A stretch of DNA of 46,464 nucleotides from the NCBI GenBank assembly GCA_028866935.1, contig JAGWHH010000002.1, positions 1 through 46,464 of the forward strand. Direction: 5' to 3'. The notes beneath the pieces were generated by a model. The model was not told where the DNA came from. It saw only the letters and a program-made list of their open reading frames with translations, and searched no databases. Every line of letters begins with the position of its first letter. The first letter of the stretch is position 1. Below, one piece after another: positions 28,873 to 38,587 of the stretch. Source of the DNA: Candidatus Micrarchaeota archaeon. Lineage in GTDB: Archaea > Micrarchaeota > Micrarchaeia > Micrarchaeales > CABMGC01. The position numbers and the translations under genes are program-made.

Positions 28873-28884
28873 AACAGTTGCCTA

Positions 28885-28926
28885 AGATGTGCCCAATGCA
28901 CATCTCGGGCTTCTGGCATATCACTC
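28885..28926 (+). repeat. Degenerate repeat copy 4
   Basis: Perfect hairpin AGATGTGC-ccaat-GCACATCT followed by gcttctggcatatcactc resembling gcatcgggcgatgccactc of copy 3. Confidence 0.6.
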
Positions 28927-29338
28927 GCACAGCATAAATTCCAGGGTGCTTTGGCTTAACTGCATCTCACTATTCTTATCTTGACCGTTCCATTCATCAC
29001 ATCATTTCCAGGCAAATATCCTTTTGGGCAGCAGCAATATTGCTGTATTCAATAAATTTCCTGCTGTTGGCGGTAATGTTCAAGGTCTTCACGCACTACA
29101 TGCGCAGCCATCACTAGGCAGTTCAGACGTACACCAAGAGGGGACTGCGAAAAACCATACATTCGGACCTGTAATCTACCTCCTTGCAATGACCTTTTCG
29201 TTTGTAGACTCTTCCATACGCCACTATCTGCTTTTATCTGTCTTATCTTCTGGATGTACAGGCAGATAAGATGAAGATTATGGGCCCTCTTTTGCCTGCC
29301 CTCAACCAACCGACGTATAATTTATGCCTATTTCTCAA

Positions 29339-29386
29339 AATAACAAACTTTCACTAAATTTTGTCCAAAATCACACCGTTTAAATA
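29339..29386 (+). promoter_or_regulatory. Promoter with AATAACA-N16-TGT-N14-TTTAAATA
   Basis: AATAAC 29339, TATA 29379, GTGA-type leader at 29409. Confidence 0.7.
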
Positions 29387-29418
29387 CCAGACTGTTCACC
29401 ATATCTTTGTGACCAGAT

Positions 29419-30000
29419 ATGACCGCTAAAGTTACTGAAGTAGGAAGAGTCGTTGAAGGACAAAGAGTATTTACTGTTTTGGAACGCAAACCAGAAGAGA
29501 AACCCCAAACCTATGTTGCATATAATCGCGAGCTAATTACCCTAGAAGAGCTCGTTAAGATCCTATCAAACGGCGGAGCAAAAACAATAGAAAATACTAG
29601 AGCGTTTCAGGAACACAGCTCCCTATGGCTTGACCTTAAAGACCAAGGCACTAGACTTCACGGTTATTATAGGATAAATTATGAAGGTGATAATTTAGAT
29701 GAAATGTTCCTGCCAATGTGGAATAATAAGAGCGCATGGGACGCCCTTCCATTTAAGGAAAGAGCATACTTCCACGGAGGAAGGGATAACCTTACTGTTC
29801 TCATATCAAATATTTCAGATGGCGAGAAGGTTAAGATGGATGGCGACCGCATCCCCGCGCGCCTGGTTGTATATGCCAATGGCATGCCACAGCTTACGCC
29901 TCCAGTTGCAGTAGTTGATAGGACACCTACCAATGGCCATGGATCAGAGAGCAAGAGAAACAGCGTGTATGTCGAAGTGCACGAGATTGTGCGTGAGTAA
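29419..30000 (+). CDS. Lineage-specific paralog family protein (closest to 15098 ORF)
   Basis: ITLEEL, W, G.Y.I, LPFKERAYFHGG, RLVVYAN..P...PVAVV align with ATLEEV, W, G.H.L, LPQEKRSYHGPG, RLIVSAD....VALVAYV. Confidence 0.65.
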   Translation: MTAKVTEVGRVVEGQRVFTVLERKPEEKPQTYVAYNRELITLEELVKILSNGGAKTIENTRAFQEHSSLWLDLKDQGTRLHGYYRINYEGDNLDEMFLPMWNNKSAWDALPFKERAYFHGGRDNLTVLISNISDGEKVKMDGDRIPARLVVYANGMPQLTPPVAVVDRTPTNGHGSESKRNSVYVEVHEIVRE

Positions 30001-30040
30001 ATTCACCAATTGCAGCTTTAAATCACTATTATGGATAGCT

Positions 30041-30763
30041 CTACAACTTTAGGAGCTTCGCTGCGTTTTCGTAAAGAACCGCTGACTTTTCCTCGTAAGT
30101 AAGCTTGGTTTTCATTACCTTGAGCAGCTCCAATTCCTGGTCGCCGTAAGGCGCGTCAGATCCGAACAGTATCTTGTCAGCACCCACAATGTCGTAAATT
30201 TTGTTTATTCCATTAGGATGGAATGAGTCTATAGATGTTTCAAGATACAGGTTTTCGCATTCCTTGACTTTCTGCACTGCAGCTGGCGATCTGTCAGCAA
30301 AGTGCCCTAGTATTATATTAATGTCGGTGAAATCATCAGCAAGGCTTGCAATGCGGTCAGGATCTGTAAATACTGGCGCTCTGCCCCCCTTTTTGGTGTG
30401 TATTAGCAATGGTTTCCCGCTTTTAGATATCTCCTCGTATAAAGGATAATATCTCTTATCAATAGGGTCAAAATTCTGTGACCTGGGGTGAAGCTTCACG
30501 CCTTTAAATCTGGATATATGCTTACTTACTGTGTCAGGAGCTGTAGTATTAGGATCAAACCTAAGGAAGCATGCAAACCTCTTCTCATTCAGGTTTAGGA
30601 GGCTTAAACTTGCCTCTATAAGGTTCTTTTCTTTCTCGTCAAACGGGAACACTGCAGCCATGTCTACTCCATTATGGTCCATATGTGCTAGCAGCTCCTT
30701 GGCGCTCTGGCGCCCCCCATCCTTATCATCCCCTATATGGGCATGTATATCAAAAATCATCAT
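30041..30763 (-). CDS. Amidohydrolase_2 family metal-dependent hydrolase
   Basis: DIHAHIG, GVKLHP, LIHT, ILGH, ILFGSDAPY, ENAAKLL. Confidence 0.92.
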   Translation of the reverse strand: MMIFDIHAHIGDDKDGGRQSAKELLAHMDHNGVDMAAVFPFDEKEKNLIEASLSLLNLNEKRFACFLRFDPNTTAPDTVSKHISRFKGVKLHPRSQNFDPIDKRYYPLYEEISKSGKPLLIHTKKGGRAPVFTDPDRIASLADDFTDINIILGHFADRSPAAVQKVKECENLYLETSIDSFHPNGINKIYDIVGADKILFGSDAPYGDQELELLKVMKTKLTYEEKSAVLYENAAKLLKL

Positions 30764-30791
30764 ATGGGGATCACATTAAGTATCGGCGTAA

Positions 30792-32192
30792 TCACTCATC
30801 GACTCTAAATCGTAGGCTCTCAACTAACGGCTTTATCCCTTCCTCATCAAATACCCTCCTGCTCCTATCAGAAGGCACCTCGCCCCTTGCCAAGCCCTCA
30901 TACTTGGGCCTAAGGTAATCGGTGTTTTCGCCTATTTTGAGCAGTCCCTCGAATGCGACATCTAGAACTTCGTGGGCAGCCATCATTACGGTCTCATTGT
31001 TTGTAACGCCATTGTAAGCAACATCATTCTTGAGCCTTGTAATCTCATCTACACTCCTGCGCATTGCAAGCTCCTGGGCCCTGTCCAGATTCTCTGCCAA
31101 GCCTCGGATAACCGCACCCAAGCCCATTACCTCTGATCTGCTTGCCTGCTCTGAGAAAAGCCTTACTTCCACTGTGTTTGTGTAGCTCTTCAGCCTTGCA
31201 TCTGCTCTTACCAGCCCTTCCATTACTTCTATATCCTGCTCTTCAAATCTTACTGCAAAGACGCTCCCAACTCCATCTCTCGATGCACTTGCTATGCCTC
31301 TGTGCATGAAGTCTCTTAGGCTTACGGCCTCGTTTACCTTGTAATATTCGCCCTCTCTTTTAAGCAGATCCATAGGCAGACTCATCAGATGCTCAAAATA
31401 ATGGTCAAAATCACGGAATATTGGCGCTATGGCCAGATTCCTCTCAAGTAGATAGTCTTCATAGAATGTAGTCCTTGAATCTGCCATGCCTGCATGAGGC
31501 CCTCTTACGGGGCTTGAATTTGCACCAAGCGCCAGAAGCTCGGGTCGCAATCCGTTGTACACATTGGCAAGCCTTACCGCGTCCTCGCTGTCCTTTGTCT
31601 GGACATGGAAGTGCAGTGCTGCATTGACTGTAGGCCCGTAGGTCAGCCCTTCCTGGTCAATCCTGTATGAGCTGCCCCAAGTATCAAGCATCATTTTATA
31701 CCTAGGTATGCTCTCAAGGCAGAGCGCTGCGCCAGGCTGAGTTACTGGCTGTGTTCCGTGTCCAAGCACGTAAGCTCCACTCCTCTCAGCAACCTTGATC
31801 AAAGGTGTGACAAACTCTGCAATCATCTTGTTTGCATGGTCAAGACCGTTAGCTTTTGGAAGCGCAATTTCTACCGTTCCTACTCCAAATTCAGCGTGAA
31901 TAGATCCTCCATATCCGTCTATACCTTTTTCAACTCCAAATCCATGTGGATTGCGCTGCCATCCATCCCGGCTTCCCATATCCCTGAATATTCTCTTGAG
32001 CTGCCTTTCGCTTATTACCTGCCCAAACCCGTAGGCCCCTGACTTTACCAAAGGAAACTCCATCTCTATTCCGAAACCCCTCTCATCCCCTACAGATCTA
32101 AACTTTTCGGCATGCGCCTCCTTTGCAAGACCAATCCTGCTTCCCTGTGACGATTCGCTCTGAACATGTTTTTTTACCAACGCGAAAGTCAT
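30792..32192 (-). CDS. Glutamate-cysteine ligase (GCS2/GshA-like COOH-NH2 ligase) family protein
   Basis: GIEMEF, EFG..TVEIA, ALHFHVQ, LLALGANS, DSR, DARLK..VEVR; ATG 32192 preferred. Confidence 0.8.
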   Translation of the reverse strand: MTFALVKKHVQSESSQGSRIGLAKEAHAEKFRSVGDERGFGIEMEFPLVKSGAYGFGQVISERQLKRIFRDMGSRDGWQRNPHGFGVEKGIDGYGGSIHAEFGVGTVEIALPKANGLDHANKMIAEFVTPLIKVAERSGAYVLGHGTQPVTQPGAALCLESIPRYKMMLDTWGSSYRIDQEGLTYGPTVNAALHFHVQTKDSEDAVRLANVYNGLRPELLALGANSSPVRGPHAGMADSRTTFYEDYLLERNLAIAPIFRDFDHYFEHLMSLPMDLLKREGEYYKVNEAVSLRDFMHRGIASASRDGVGSVFAVRFEEQDIEVMEGLVRADARLKSYTNTVEVRLFSEQASRSEVMGLGAVIRGLAENLDRAQELAMRRSVDEITRLKNDVAYNGVTNNETVMMAAHEVLDVAFEGLLKIGENTDYLRPKYEGLARGEVPSDRSRRVFDEEGIKPLVESLRFRVDE

Positions 32193-32238
32193 TTTAAGCA
32201 CCAATAATTATACACAATATTAGATAGCACCTTATTGA

Positions 32239-32286
32239 TATTTAAACGATGCTAGAATGAACAATTTCATGCAAATAATTGTTATT
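32239..32286 (-). promoter_or_regulatory. Promoter with AATAACA-N16-TGT-N14-TTTAAATA
   Basis: Minus strand: AATAAC begins at 32286, TATA begins at 32246; includes the dyad AACAATT...AATTGTT. Confidence 0.7.
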
Positions 32287-32573
32287 TTGAGACATCGCAG
32301 AGAACTTTAAATATCTTTTCAGGTTATCAAACAGGGATGCTCTGGCTGCTAATTTTTCTATCATTTTATCGCCAATCAAAAGTAACATTTTATTTATAAA
32401 GCCTTGCATTTTAACTAAAATTAGTGGAAGTATCAACTGCCCCAGAACATCCGTTAATTTCGGCAAGTGGTTCATGATCAAAGCAACAACAAATGTCCAT
32501 AAAACTGTTCAGAATAGGCATCTTTAAATATGAAAAACCATTAAGCAATAATGATAAAGAGGTTTGGTATACT

Positions 32574-33740
32574 ATGAAACTTAAACAGGCAAATGTAGCA
32601 GGCATGATCACACATCAAAAGGATGGTTATGTTGGCGGTTACGGCACCGAGACCTATAAAGAGAAGGCAGAACACGCAAGAGAGATAGGGCTATATTTTG
32701 TAAAAATAGACCTGACTGAAGAAAATGCACGACAGATCCGGGAAGGCGGAAACGTAACTGCAAAGCACTGGGATGGTAGAACTCTTAGCGATGTGACCAT
32801 TCCAGCAAGGAACATTAAAGCTATTTATGATTTCTCAGAACTTGACATGCCTGAATACAAAGACCCTGCATATGATGGCATAATCAGTGCGCTTACAAAC
32901 AATGGCGTCAGATTCGTAAACGGTCCAAAGGCAAAGCAGATAGGAAACGACAAGCAACTAAGCCAGGAGCTTTTCGAAGAGGTGGGCGTGAGGACTCCAA
33001 TTACAATGCAGTACAACAGGGAAAACGCAAAGGCACTTCTGCATGAAAGTGGATTCATATTCATAAAGGACATCGAGGGGGTCATGGGCAATGGTCAGGT
33101 TACCATATTATCCACTGGAAACGGGTTTATGGCAAATGTTGACGGAACAAAAACAGGTTTTAGGGATGTGGGGTCCGCACTGGACTTTGCAGAGGAGTCG
33201 GTTCAAGGCAGGCTTATAGTCCAAGAGGGCATTGTAATACCAAGACTTGACGGAAGGGTTTGGGACTTCAGGGCCATTTTCCAGAAAGATGGCTCAGGAA
33301 ATACCGTCATGCCTCTAGTATTGGTAAGAATAGGCGCAATAGGAAGAGATCAGTCAAACATAGACAAAGGCGGCGAGGGGCAGGATCCGTACATCTTCTA
33401 CCCAAATTTCAGCACAGCACGCTGCGAGATCGAGGAAATAGGAATGAAAGTATTCAAGGGGCTTGAGAGAAAAGCCGGAGACGTTGGTGAAATAGGCATG
33501 GACTTCCTTGCCTCTACAAAAGGAGAACTTATACTTATAGAAATAAATCCTACCCCGGGATATACGGCAGGATACATAAGAGACCTTTCAAATGGGGGCC
33601 CGGTCAACTTTGAGCTTACCCTGCAAAGGGGCGGCAATATGCCTACAGAAGAAGAGATACACAGAAACTGGGCAGTCTCAATGAGAGACCGTATAAGGAA
33701 TCCTGTAAGCTACTCAAAGCATATAGTAGAAAGTGAGTGA
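32574..33740 (+). CDS. ATP-grasp amidoligase, YheC/YheD-like
   Basis: NDK, IVQEGI, WDFRAIFQKDG, SNIDKGG, EIGMDF, LIEINPTPG; ATG 32574 downstream of TTTAAATA 32523. Confidence 0.8.
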   Translation: MKLKQANVAGMITHQKDGYVGGYGTETYKEKAEHAREIGLYFVKIDLTEENARQIREGGNVTAKHWDGRTLSDVTIPARNIKAIYDFSELDMPEYKDPAYDGIISALTNNGVRFVNGPKAKQIGNDKQLSQELFEEVGVRTPITMQYNRENAKALLHESGFIFIKDIEGVMGNGQVTILSTGNGFMANVDGTKTGFRDVGSALDFAEESVQGRLIVQEGIVIPRLDGRVWDFRAIFQKDGSGNTVMPLVLVRIGAIGRDQSNIDKGGEGQDPYIFYPNFSTARCEIEEIGMKVFKGLERKAGDVGEIGMDFLASTKGELILIEINPTPGYTAGYIRDLSNGGPVNFELTLQRGGNMPTEEEIHRNWAVSMRDRIRNPVSYSKHIVESE

Positions 33741-33744
33741 CTTC

Positions 33745-34521
33745 TTAACGCAAAGCAGCCAAAAGGCCTGCTTCTTCATGTCCAACTTCCGGGGTATGGT
33801 GCTCCAATTCCTCTACATGCATTAATTTAGCATAAGGCACTTTTCCATCACTTGTTATGCCATAACACAGAAGTGTAGAAGAAACTACTGCTATGCCATC
33901 TTCATTAGCCGAATAATACATATTAAAATAATTGCTCAAGTGCGGGTTATCTGTTGGATTATTATAGTAATTGAAGAACTTAAGGGATGGAATATTAGAT
34001 GGTTTCTCGATTTCAAGCAGCATGAGATTAAGCCCTGAGATTGTTTGAGACTCCAATCTCTCTATGCCTGCCTCAACGCCTCTCTCGTTTAGGACTTTAA
34101 GGGCATACTCCGTATCGCTGCTAGATGGGTTTGGCCTCATCTTAACCATCCCATTATGGGCAAGATACAGCATATCTCCCTTATTTACTGCTAAGAACGG
34201 GTGCGAAAAGGTAAGACCAAGCTTTTTTTGATCGCTTGCCTTCCTTGCATGGAATATTGCAAAGGACCTTCCCTCTATCTCAGGTATCTTATGGCTATCA
34301 TCAAAAATTGGCGTTGCGCTTCTGTAATGCATTACGCTGCCATTTGTTACTATTACATAACCCCATCCATCGATACAACTGGCGCCTATCCTCAGCCCCC
34401 TACCTGCACTTTTGCGTGCGGCGTCTGCTACCGGATCATTCCTTGCCGATTCCTTCAAAGCCTCGTGTAACCTAGCTATCTCCTTGTTAGAGTTTCCAAC
34501 GTAGGCGAACATTCTGCACAT
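33745..34521 (-). CDS. Class II (Ntn) glutamine amidotransferase-like protein (EgtC/YafJ/Dug3-like)
   Basis: N-terminal MCRM (Cys2 nucleophile), DGWG, HARKAS, HPF, AHNG, SDTE. Confidence 0.88.
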   Translation of the reverse strand: MCRMFAYVGNSNKEIARLHEALKESARNDPVADAARKSAGRGLRIGASCIDGWGYVIVTNGSVMHYRSATPIFDDSHKIPEIEGRSFAIFHARKASDQKKLGLTFSHPFLAVNKGDMLYLAHNGMVKMRPNPSSSDTEYALKVLNERGVEAGIERLESQTISGLNLMLLEIEKPSNIPSLKFFNYYNNPTDNPHLSNYFNMYYSANEDGIAVVSSTLLCYGITSDGKVPYAKLMHVEELEHHTPEVGHEEAGLLAALR

Positions 34522-34645
34522 AGTTATTCACAATTAAGACGGGTAGTGCATGATAGCATTAACCTAAAATCACTGCAATTCCCCAATTAAATGAGTGCAA
34601 AGTCATGATATTTAACTCTAACTATCCAATATATTAGCTGATTAA

Positions 34646-35173
34646 ATGCTTCATCAGAAGATATTGTCCAACCCTCTGTATATTGTAATCATAGTGGTTA
34701 TCATTCTGGCGATAGCAGGAAGCGCATTAGTGCTCTCTCAATCCTCTCCAAGCGTGGCAGCAGGGGATAACATAAGCGTATACTATACGGGACAATTCAC
34801 TAACGGGTCTACCTTTGGCTCCAATGTAGGCGGGCAGCCCCTCACATTTAAGGTAGGAGCAGGGCAGGTAATACCCGGTTTTGACAATGGCGTAATCGGG
34901 ATGAAGCTCAATGAGACAAAGACACTAACCATTCCTGCAAATCAGGCATACGGCGATATAAATCCTAGCCTGTTCGTAAATGTTCCAAAAACCAACTTCG
35001 GCAACAAGACAGTCCAAGATGGAATGACAGTTACAGAAGTCTCTCAGAACGGAACGCCATTCCAGGGTACAGTTGCAGCAGTAAATGCAACTACTGTTGT
35101 AGTTAACTTCAACCCACCACTGGCAGGACATACGCTAGTTTTCACAATAAAAGTAGTAAAGATACAGAAGTAA
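34646..35173 (+). CDS. Membrane-anchored FKBP-type peptidyl-prolyl isomerase (SlyD-like with insert-in-flap)
   Basis: N-terminal TM; VYYTG, GAGQVIPGFD, AYG, NPPLAGHTLVF. Confidence 0.9.
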   Translation: MLHQKILSNPLYIVIIVVIILAIAGSALVLSQSSPSVAAGDNISVYYTGQFTNGSTFGSNVGGQPLTFKVGAGQVIPGFDNGVIGMKLNETKTLTIPANQAYGDINPSLFVNVPKTNFGNKTVQDGMTVTEVSQNGTPFQGTVAAVNATTVVVNFNPPLAGHTLVFTIKVVKIQK

Positions 35174-35230
35174 AAGAAGTAAATAAATCATGGTCCGGCC
35201 CGTTGAGAACCGGACAAAAACAAAAGGACT

Positions 35231-35368
35231 TTATCCGCCTATCTTGAACATCTTAGTTCCACAGACGCTGCAAGTACCTGTCTTTGCATGCTTGCCATTC
35301 TTCATTGTTACATCCTTTGCATCCTTCATCTCACGCTTTTGTTTGCATTTAACGCAATACGCTTCCAT
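35231..35368 (-). CDS. Small zinc-ribbon protein (45 aa, DUF5679-like), below ORF-track cutoff
   Basis: MEAYCVKCKQKREMKDAKDVTMKNGKHAKTGTCSVCGTKMFKIGG, two CxxC pairs. Confidence 0.85.
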   Translation of the reverse strand: MEAYCVKCKQKREMKDAKDVTMKNGKHAKTGTCSVCGTKMFKIGG

Positions 35369-35448
35369 ATTCTCGCCAAAATAATATCGGAGCTAGTTAT
35401 TAAAAACATTAGCTATTGTATCAAAATTGTAATAATCGGTAGGTATAT

Positions 35449-36774
35449 ATAGCAACTAATGATTACGACGTGATAATAGTCGGGGGAGGAGTGGTAGGCA
35501 CGGCCCTGCTATACCTGCTATCCAACTATTCAAAGGCAAGGGTACTGCTGCTAGAGAAGTACGAGACCAATGCAAAATTGAACTCAAACAGCAAGAATAA
35601 CGGTCAGACGCTCCATTTCGGGGACATAGAGACCACATATACCTTAGAAAAGGCAAAAAGGACAAAAGCAGCTTCAGAAATGCTCTTGGTATACACAAGC
35701 AAGCTGCCTACAGCGCAAAGGAACACAATCCTGTCCAAGACGCCACAGATGGTCCTTGCAGTAGGAAGCGAAGAGGTCGAATTCCTCAGGAAGAAGTACG
35801 ATCCAAAGTACCGCGCCCTTTTTCCTGGCATGCGAATGATAAACAAAAAAGAAATAGGAAGGCTTGAGCCAAACCTGCTAAAGGGGAGGGACAGGGCAGA
35901 GGCGCTGATTGCGGCTTACTCCGCAGCTGGTTACGGGATAGACTTCGGAAGGCTGTCAGACTCCTTCGTCAAGAAGGCGCAAGGAGCCAAGGTGTCATTC
36001 AACGATGGGGTCATCAGCGTGAAGCAGACCACAGATGGGTATTCGCTAAAGACCACAAAATCCAGCTACTGTGCAAGGTTCGTAGTATTTTCTGCAGGTG
36101 CGCAGAGCTTGAAGTTCGCAAAGCAACTAGGCTATGGCCTAAGCCTATCAGTGATCCCGATACTGGGTAGTTTTTATTATTCAAGGGCGGTGGTCAAAAG
36201 CAAAATATACACTGTCCAGGGAGGTAGCATACCTTTTCTGGGTGCGCACGCAGACCCCGATATAAATTCAAAGGACAGGACACGCTTCGGCCCAACCATA
36301 ACTCCTTACCCCTTTCTCGAAAAGTCAAAGCCCCTAACAATTATCGACCATCTTAATGCAGTAGGCATGGACCTTGATTACATGAGGAGCATTACCAACA
36401 TAATGCGCAATAAAGACCTCTCCAGCGCATTTTTAAGAAATCTGGGATATAGGATACCTCTGCTGGGAAAACCCTCATTTGTCAAAGATCAAGTACAAAA
36501 GATAGTCCCATCGCTGAGGAATGAGGATGTAAAATACGATATAAGCTCAGGAGGCATAAGGCCGCAAATAATAGACAAGTCCAAACGGTCAATAAATGTA
36601 GGGGAGTCTACGTTATCTGGAGAATCAATAATATTTAACATAACCCCATCTCCGGGCGCAAGCTCATGCCTGAGGATAGCTCTGGACAATGCAAATGAGA
36701 TAGCAAGAAGTCTTGACATCAAGCTTGACAGTACACGGATTCAAGAGGATTTCAAGGCAGCGGCCCATGCATAG
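35449..36774 (+). CDS. mqo: FAD-dependent oxidoreductase, malate:quinone oxidoreductase-like (Helicobacter/archaeal type); probable ATA start
   Basis: YDVIIVGGGVVG, NNGQTLHFGDIET, HADPD, RFGPT, GGIRPQ, NITPSPGASS. Confidence 0.75.
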   Translation: MATNDYDVIIVGGGVVGTALLYLLSNYSKARVLLLEKYETNAKLNSNSKNNGQTLHFGDIETTYTLEKAKRTKAASEMLLVYTSKLPTAQRNTILSKTPQMVLAVGSEEVEFLRKKYDPKYRALFPGMRMINKKEIGRLEPNLLKGRDRAEALIAAYSAAGYGIDFGRLSDSFVKKAQGAKVSFNDGVISVKQTTDGYSLKTTKSSYCARFVVFSAGAQSLKFAKQLGYGLSLSVIPILGSFYYSRAVVKSKIYTVQGGSIPFLGAHADPDINSKDRTRFGPTITPYPFLEKSKPLTIIDHLNAVGMDLDYMRSITNIMRNKDLSSAFLRNLGYRIPLLGKPSFVKDQVQKIVPSLRNEDVKYDISSGGIRPQIIDKSKRSINVGESTLSGESIIFNITPSPGASSCLRIALDNANEIARSLDIKLDSTRIQEDFKAAAHA

Positions 36775-37625
36775 ATATTCTTGGCAAGCACGGTTTCATT
36801 ACTAGTAAAGGAATGATTTGCATCAGGTATGACAAGCTTTGAAAAATGCATGGACCTAGACTTCCTTGAAAGTATGTCAAGATGCTTATCAACGTGCATG
36901 AGCCTATACTCCTCTTCGCTGCCAAAGACTGCCAATATCGGCACTTTTATGGCACCAAATTCCTTCATAGGCCCGCTATAATCAAGCAGCCTTGCCTCAA
37001 CCCTGCCAAGGTTTATCTGCGAATCAAGACGCTGCGCACAAAGGCCTATCTCCAGATCAGGTATAACCTCCCCCTTTCCCTTTGAAATAAGCCTCTTGCA
37101 CTTGCCCTTCACTACGGCATACCTTCTGCCTAGCTGCTTTTTCAGCAAGTTATAATCATCAGCCGGCCCAAGCAGTGCAATCCCAGACACTCTCCTATCG
37201 TGCATTTTGTACTGATAATAGATTGCTTTCTGGCATCCTGTGCTATGTCCACATAAAATAAATTTCCTAAATCCAAGCTTTTGCATTGCATCTATCGCCC
37301 CCCCTATATCATATACGCTATCCTCAAATTTTTCAAACGAAGTCCCAGCCCTGAAACGCACTCTCTTTGCGCCAATAAATTTCGACATAGAGCTTACCTG
37401 GTCATGCCCACGGTTATTGAAAGAAAATAGTCCAAATCCCTGGGGCAGAGCGTTTGCAAGCGCACCTACTATGCTGCTTACAAAGGATCCGGTCATTCCA
37501 TGTATGTATATCAAACACGTCTTAGCGTCGCTCGAATCTGCAAACAGGATTCCGTTGAGCTTAACTTTATCCTTTGTAAGGAACCTGACTATCCTGCCGC
37601 TCTTCCAGACCTCGCTATGTTCCAT
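36741..37625 (-). CDS. Alpha/beta hydrolase, DUF1749-like
   Basis: YIHGMT, NNRGHD, GHSTGCQK, ANHSF. Confidence 0.85.
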   Translation of the reverse strand: MEHSEVWKSGRIVRFLTKDKVKLNGILFADSSDAKTCLIYIHGMTGSFVSSIVGALANALPQGFGLFSFNNRGHDQVSSMSKFIGAKRVRFRAGTSFEKFEDSVYDIGGAIDAMQKLGFRKFILCGHSTGCQKAIYYQYKMHDRRVSGIALLGPADDYNLLKKQLGRRYAVVKGKCKRLISKGKGEVIPDLEIGLCAQRLDSQINLGRVEARLLDYSGPMKEFGAIKVPILAVFGSEEEYRLMHVDKHLDILSRKSRSMHFSKLVIPDANHSFTSNETVLAKNIYAWAAALKSS

Positions 37626-37684
37626 GCAAACACTATAATAAATCAAGCTTAATATATTTAGACGTCACTTATTTTGCTATTATC

Positions 37685-37759
37685 GGGCCTGTAACTCAGC
37701 TTGGCCAGAGTGGAAGGCTTTTAACCTTTAAGTCGAGGGTTCAAATCCCTCCAGGCCCG
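37685..37759 (+). tRNA. tRNA-Lys (TTT), intronless, no encoded CCA
   Basis: Acceptor GGGCCTG/CAGGCCC, D arm ACTC/GAGT, anticodon arm GAAGG-CTTTTAA-CCTTT, T arm GAGGG-TTCAAAT-CCCTC. Confidence 0.95.
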
Positions 37760-38587
37760 CTATCTTTTCCAAGAAATAAGCCTTACCAGAAGGTAAAGCC
37801 CGAACACAATGCTGACTATGAAGAAACTGACAGGGTAGGGCTCGTAAAAAGCTATAAGAAGCCCTGACCATGTGGCTATAAGTGCAATAAGGACAGAGAT
37901 TGCTATTGCATAGGTTGGCTTCTTGGTAAGCCTCACTGCCGTTGCGGCTGGGGTAACCATAAGCGCAAAGATAAGCAGCACTCCGCTTACCTGAATTGCA
38001 ATTGACACTGAAGCTGCAAGAAGTAGCATGAAAATTGCACCAAGCAGCACAGTATGCATGCCCTTCGCCTCAGCGACTTCCTCATCAAGTGAGGCAAATA
38101 GGATTGGTCTATACACGAACGCCGCAGCGACAAGAATCACAACGCTTACTATGGCGGTTATCAGGACTCCGTAGCTACTTATGCCAAGTATCTCTCCAAA
38201 GAGTATCGAGTATGCCTCAGTTGCATATCCTGTGTACAGGCTTATGAACAGCAAGCCAAGCCCAAGCGCAAACGCAAGCACTGAACCTATCTCCACATCA
38301 CGGTTCGTAGCGCGCTTGCCAAGCAATGCTATAATCAGCCCCCCTGTCATCGAAGCGCCAAGCAGTCCAAAAAGCGGATTTATCCCTATAAGAGCGGATC
38401 CTGCAGCGCCTGCAAATCCTATCTCTGCATAAGCATGAGCTGCAAAAGATGTGCGGCGCAATATGACAAGATACCCAATTATCCCAGCAACTATGGCGAT
38501 TATCGTGCCTGCTTCGAACGCATGTTGCATAAACTGGTATTGGAAAATGCTATGAAATGCCGCTAAAAGATTAACGCTCAACATCAT
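37760..38587 (-). CDS. znuB: Zn/Mn ABC transporter permease
   Basis: ABC-3 permease motifs (FAAHAYAE, ILFGEILG, DEEVAEAKG, GVLLIFALMVTPAA). Confidence 0.9.
   Translation of the reverse strand: MMLSVNLLAAFHSIFQYQFMQHAFEAGTIIAIVAGIIGYLVILRRTSFAAHAYAEIGFAGAAGSALIGINPLFGLLGASMTGGLIIALLGKRATNRDVEIGSVLAFALGLGLLFISLYTGYATEAYSILFGEILGISSYGVLITAIVSVVILVAAAFVYRPILFASLDEEVAEAKGMHTVLLGAIFMLLLAASVSIAIQVSGVLLIFALMVTPAATAVRLTKKPTYAIAISVLIALIATWSGLLIAFYEPYPVSFFIVSIVFGLYLLVRLISWKR

Noticed and set aside
28937..29309. ORFs 29024-29269(+) and 29049-29309(-) as genes or an integrase remnant
   Set aside because: No recognisable motifs or start context; could be decayed sequence but cannot be supported
32483..32530. 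Shared promoter motif upstream of the ATP-grasp gene
   Set aside because: AACAAC...TGTT resembles it but ACA-TGT spacing is 14 or 17 nt, not 16; not counted
37685..37759. Intron or att-site duplication at tRNA-Lys
   Set aside because: Cloverleaf is complete without insertion and no copy of its 3' end was seen in the window
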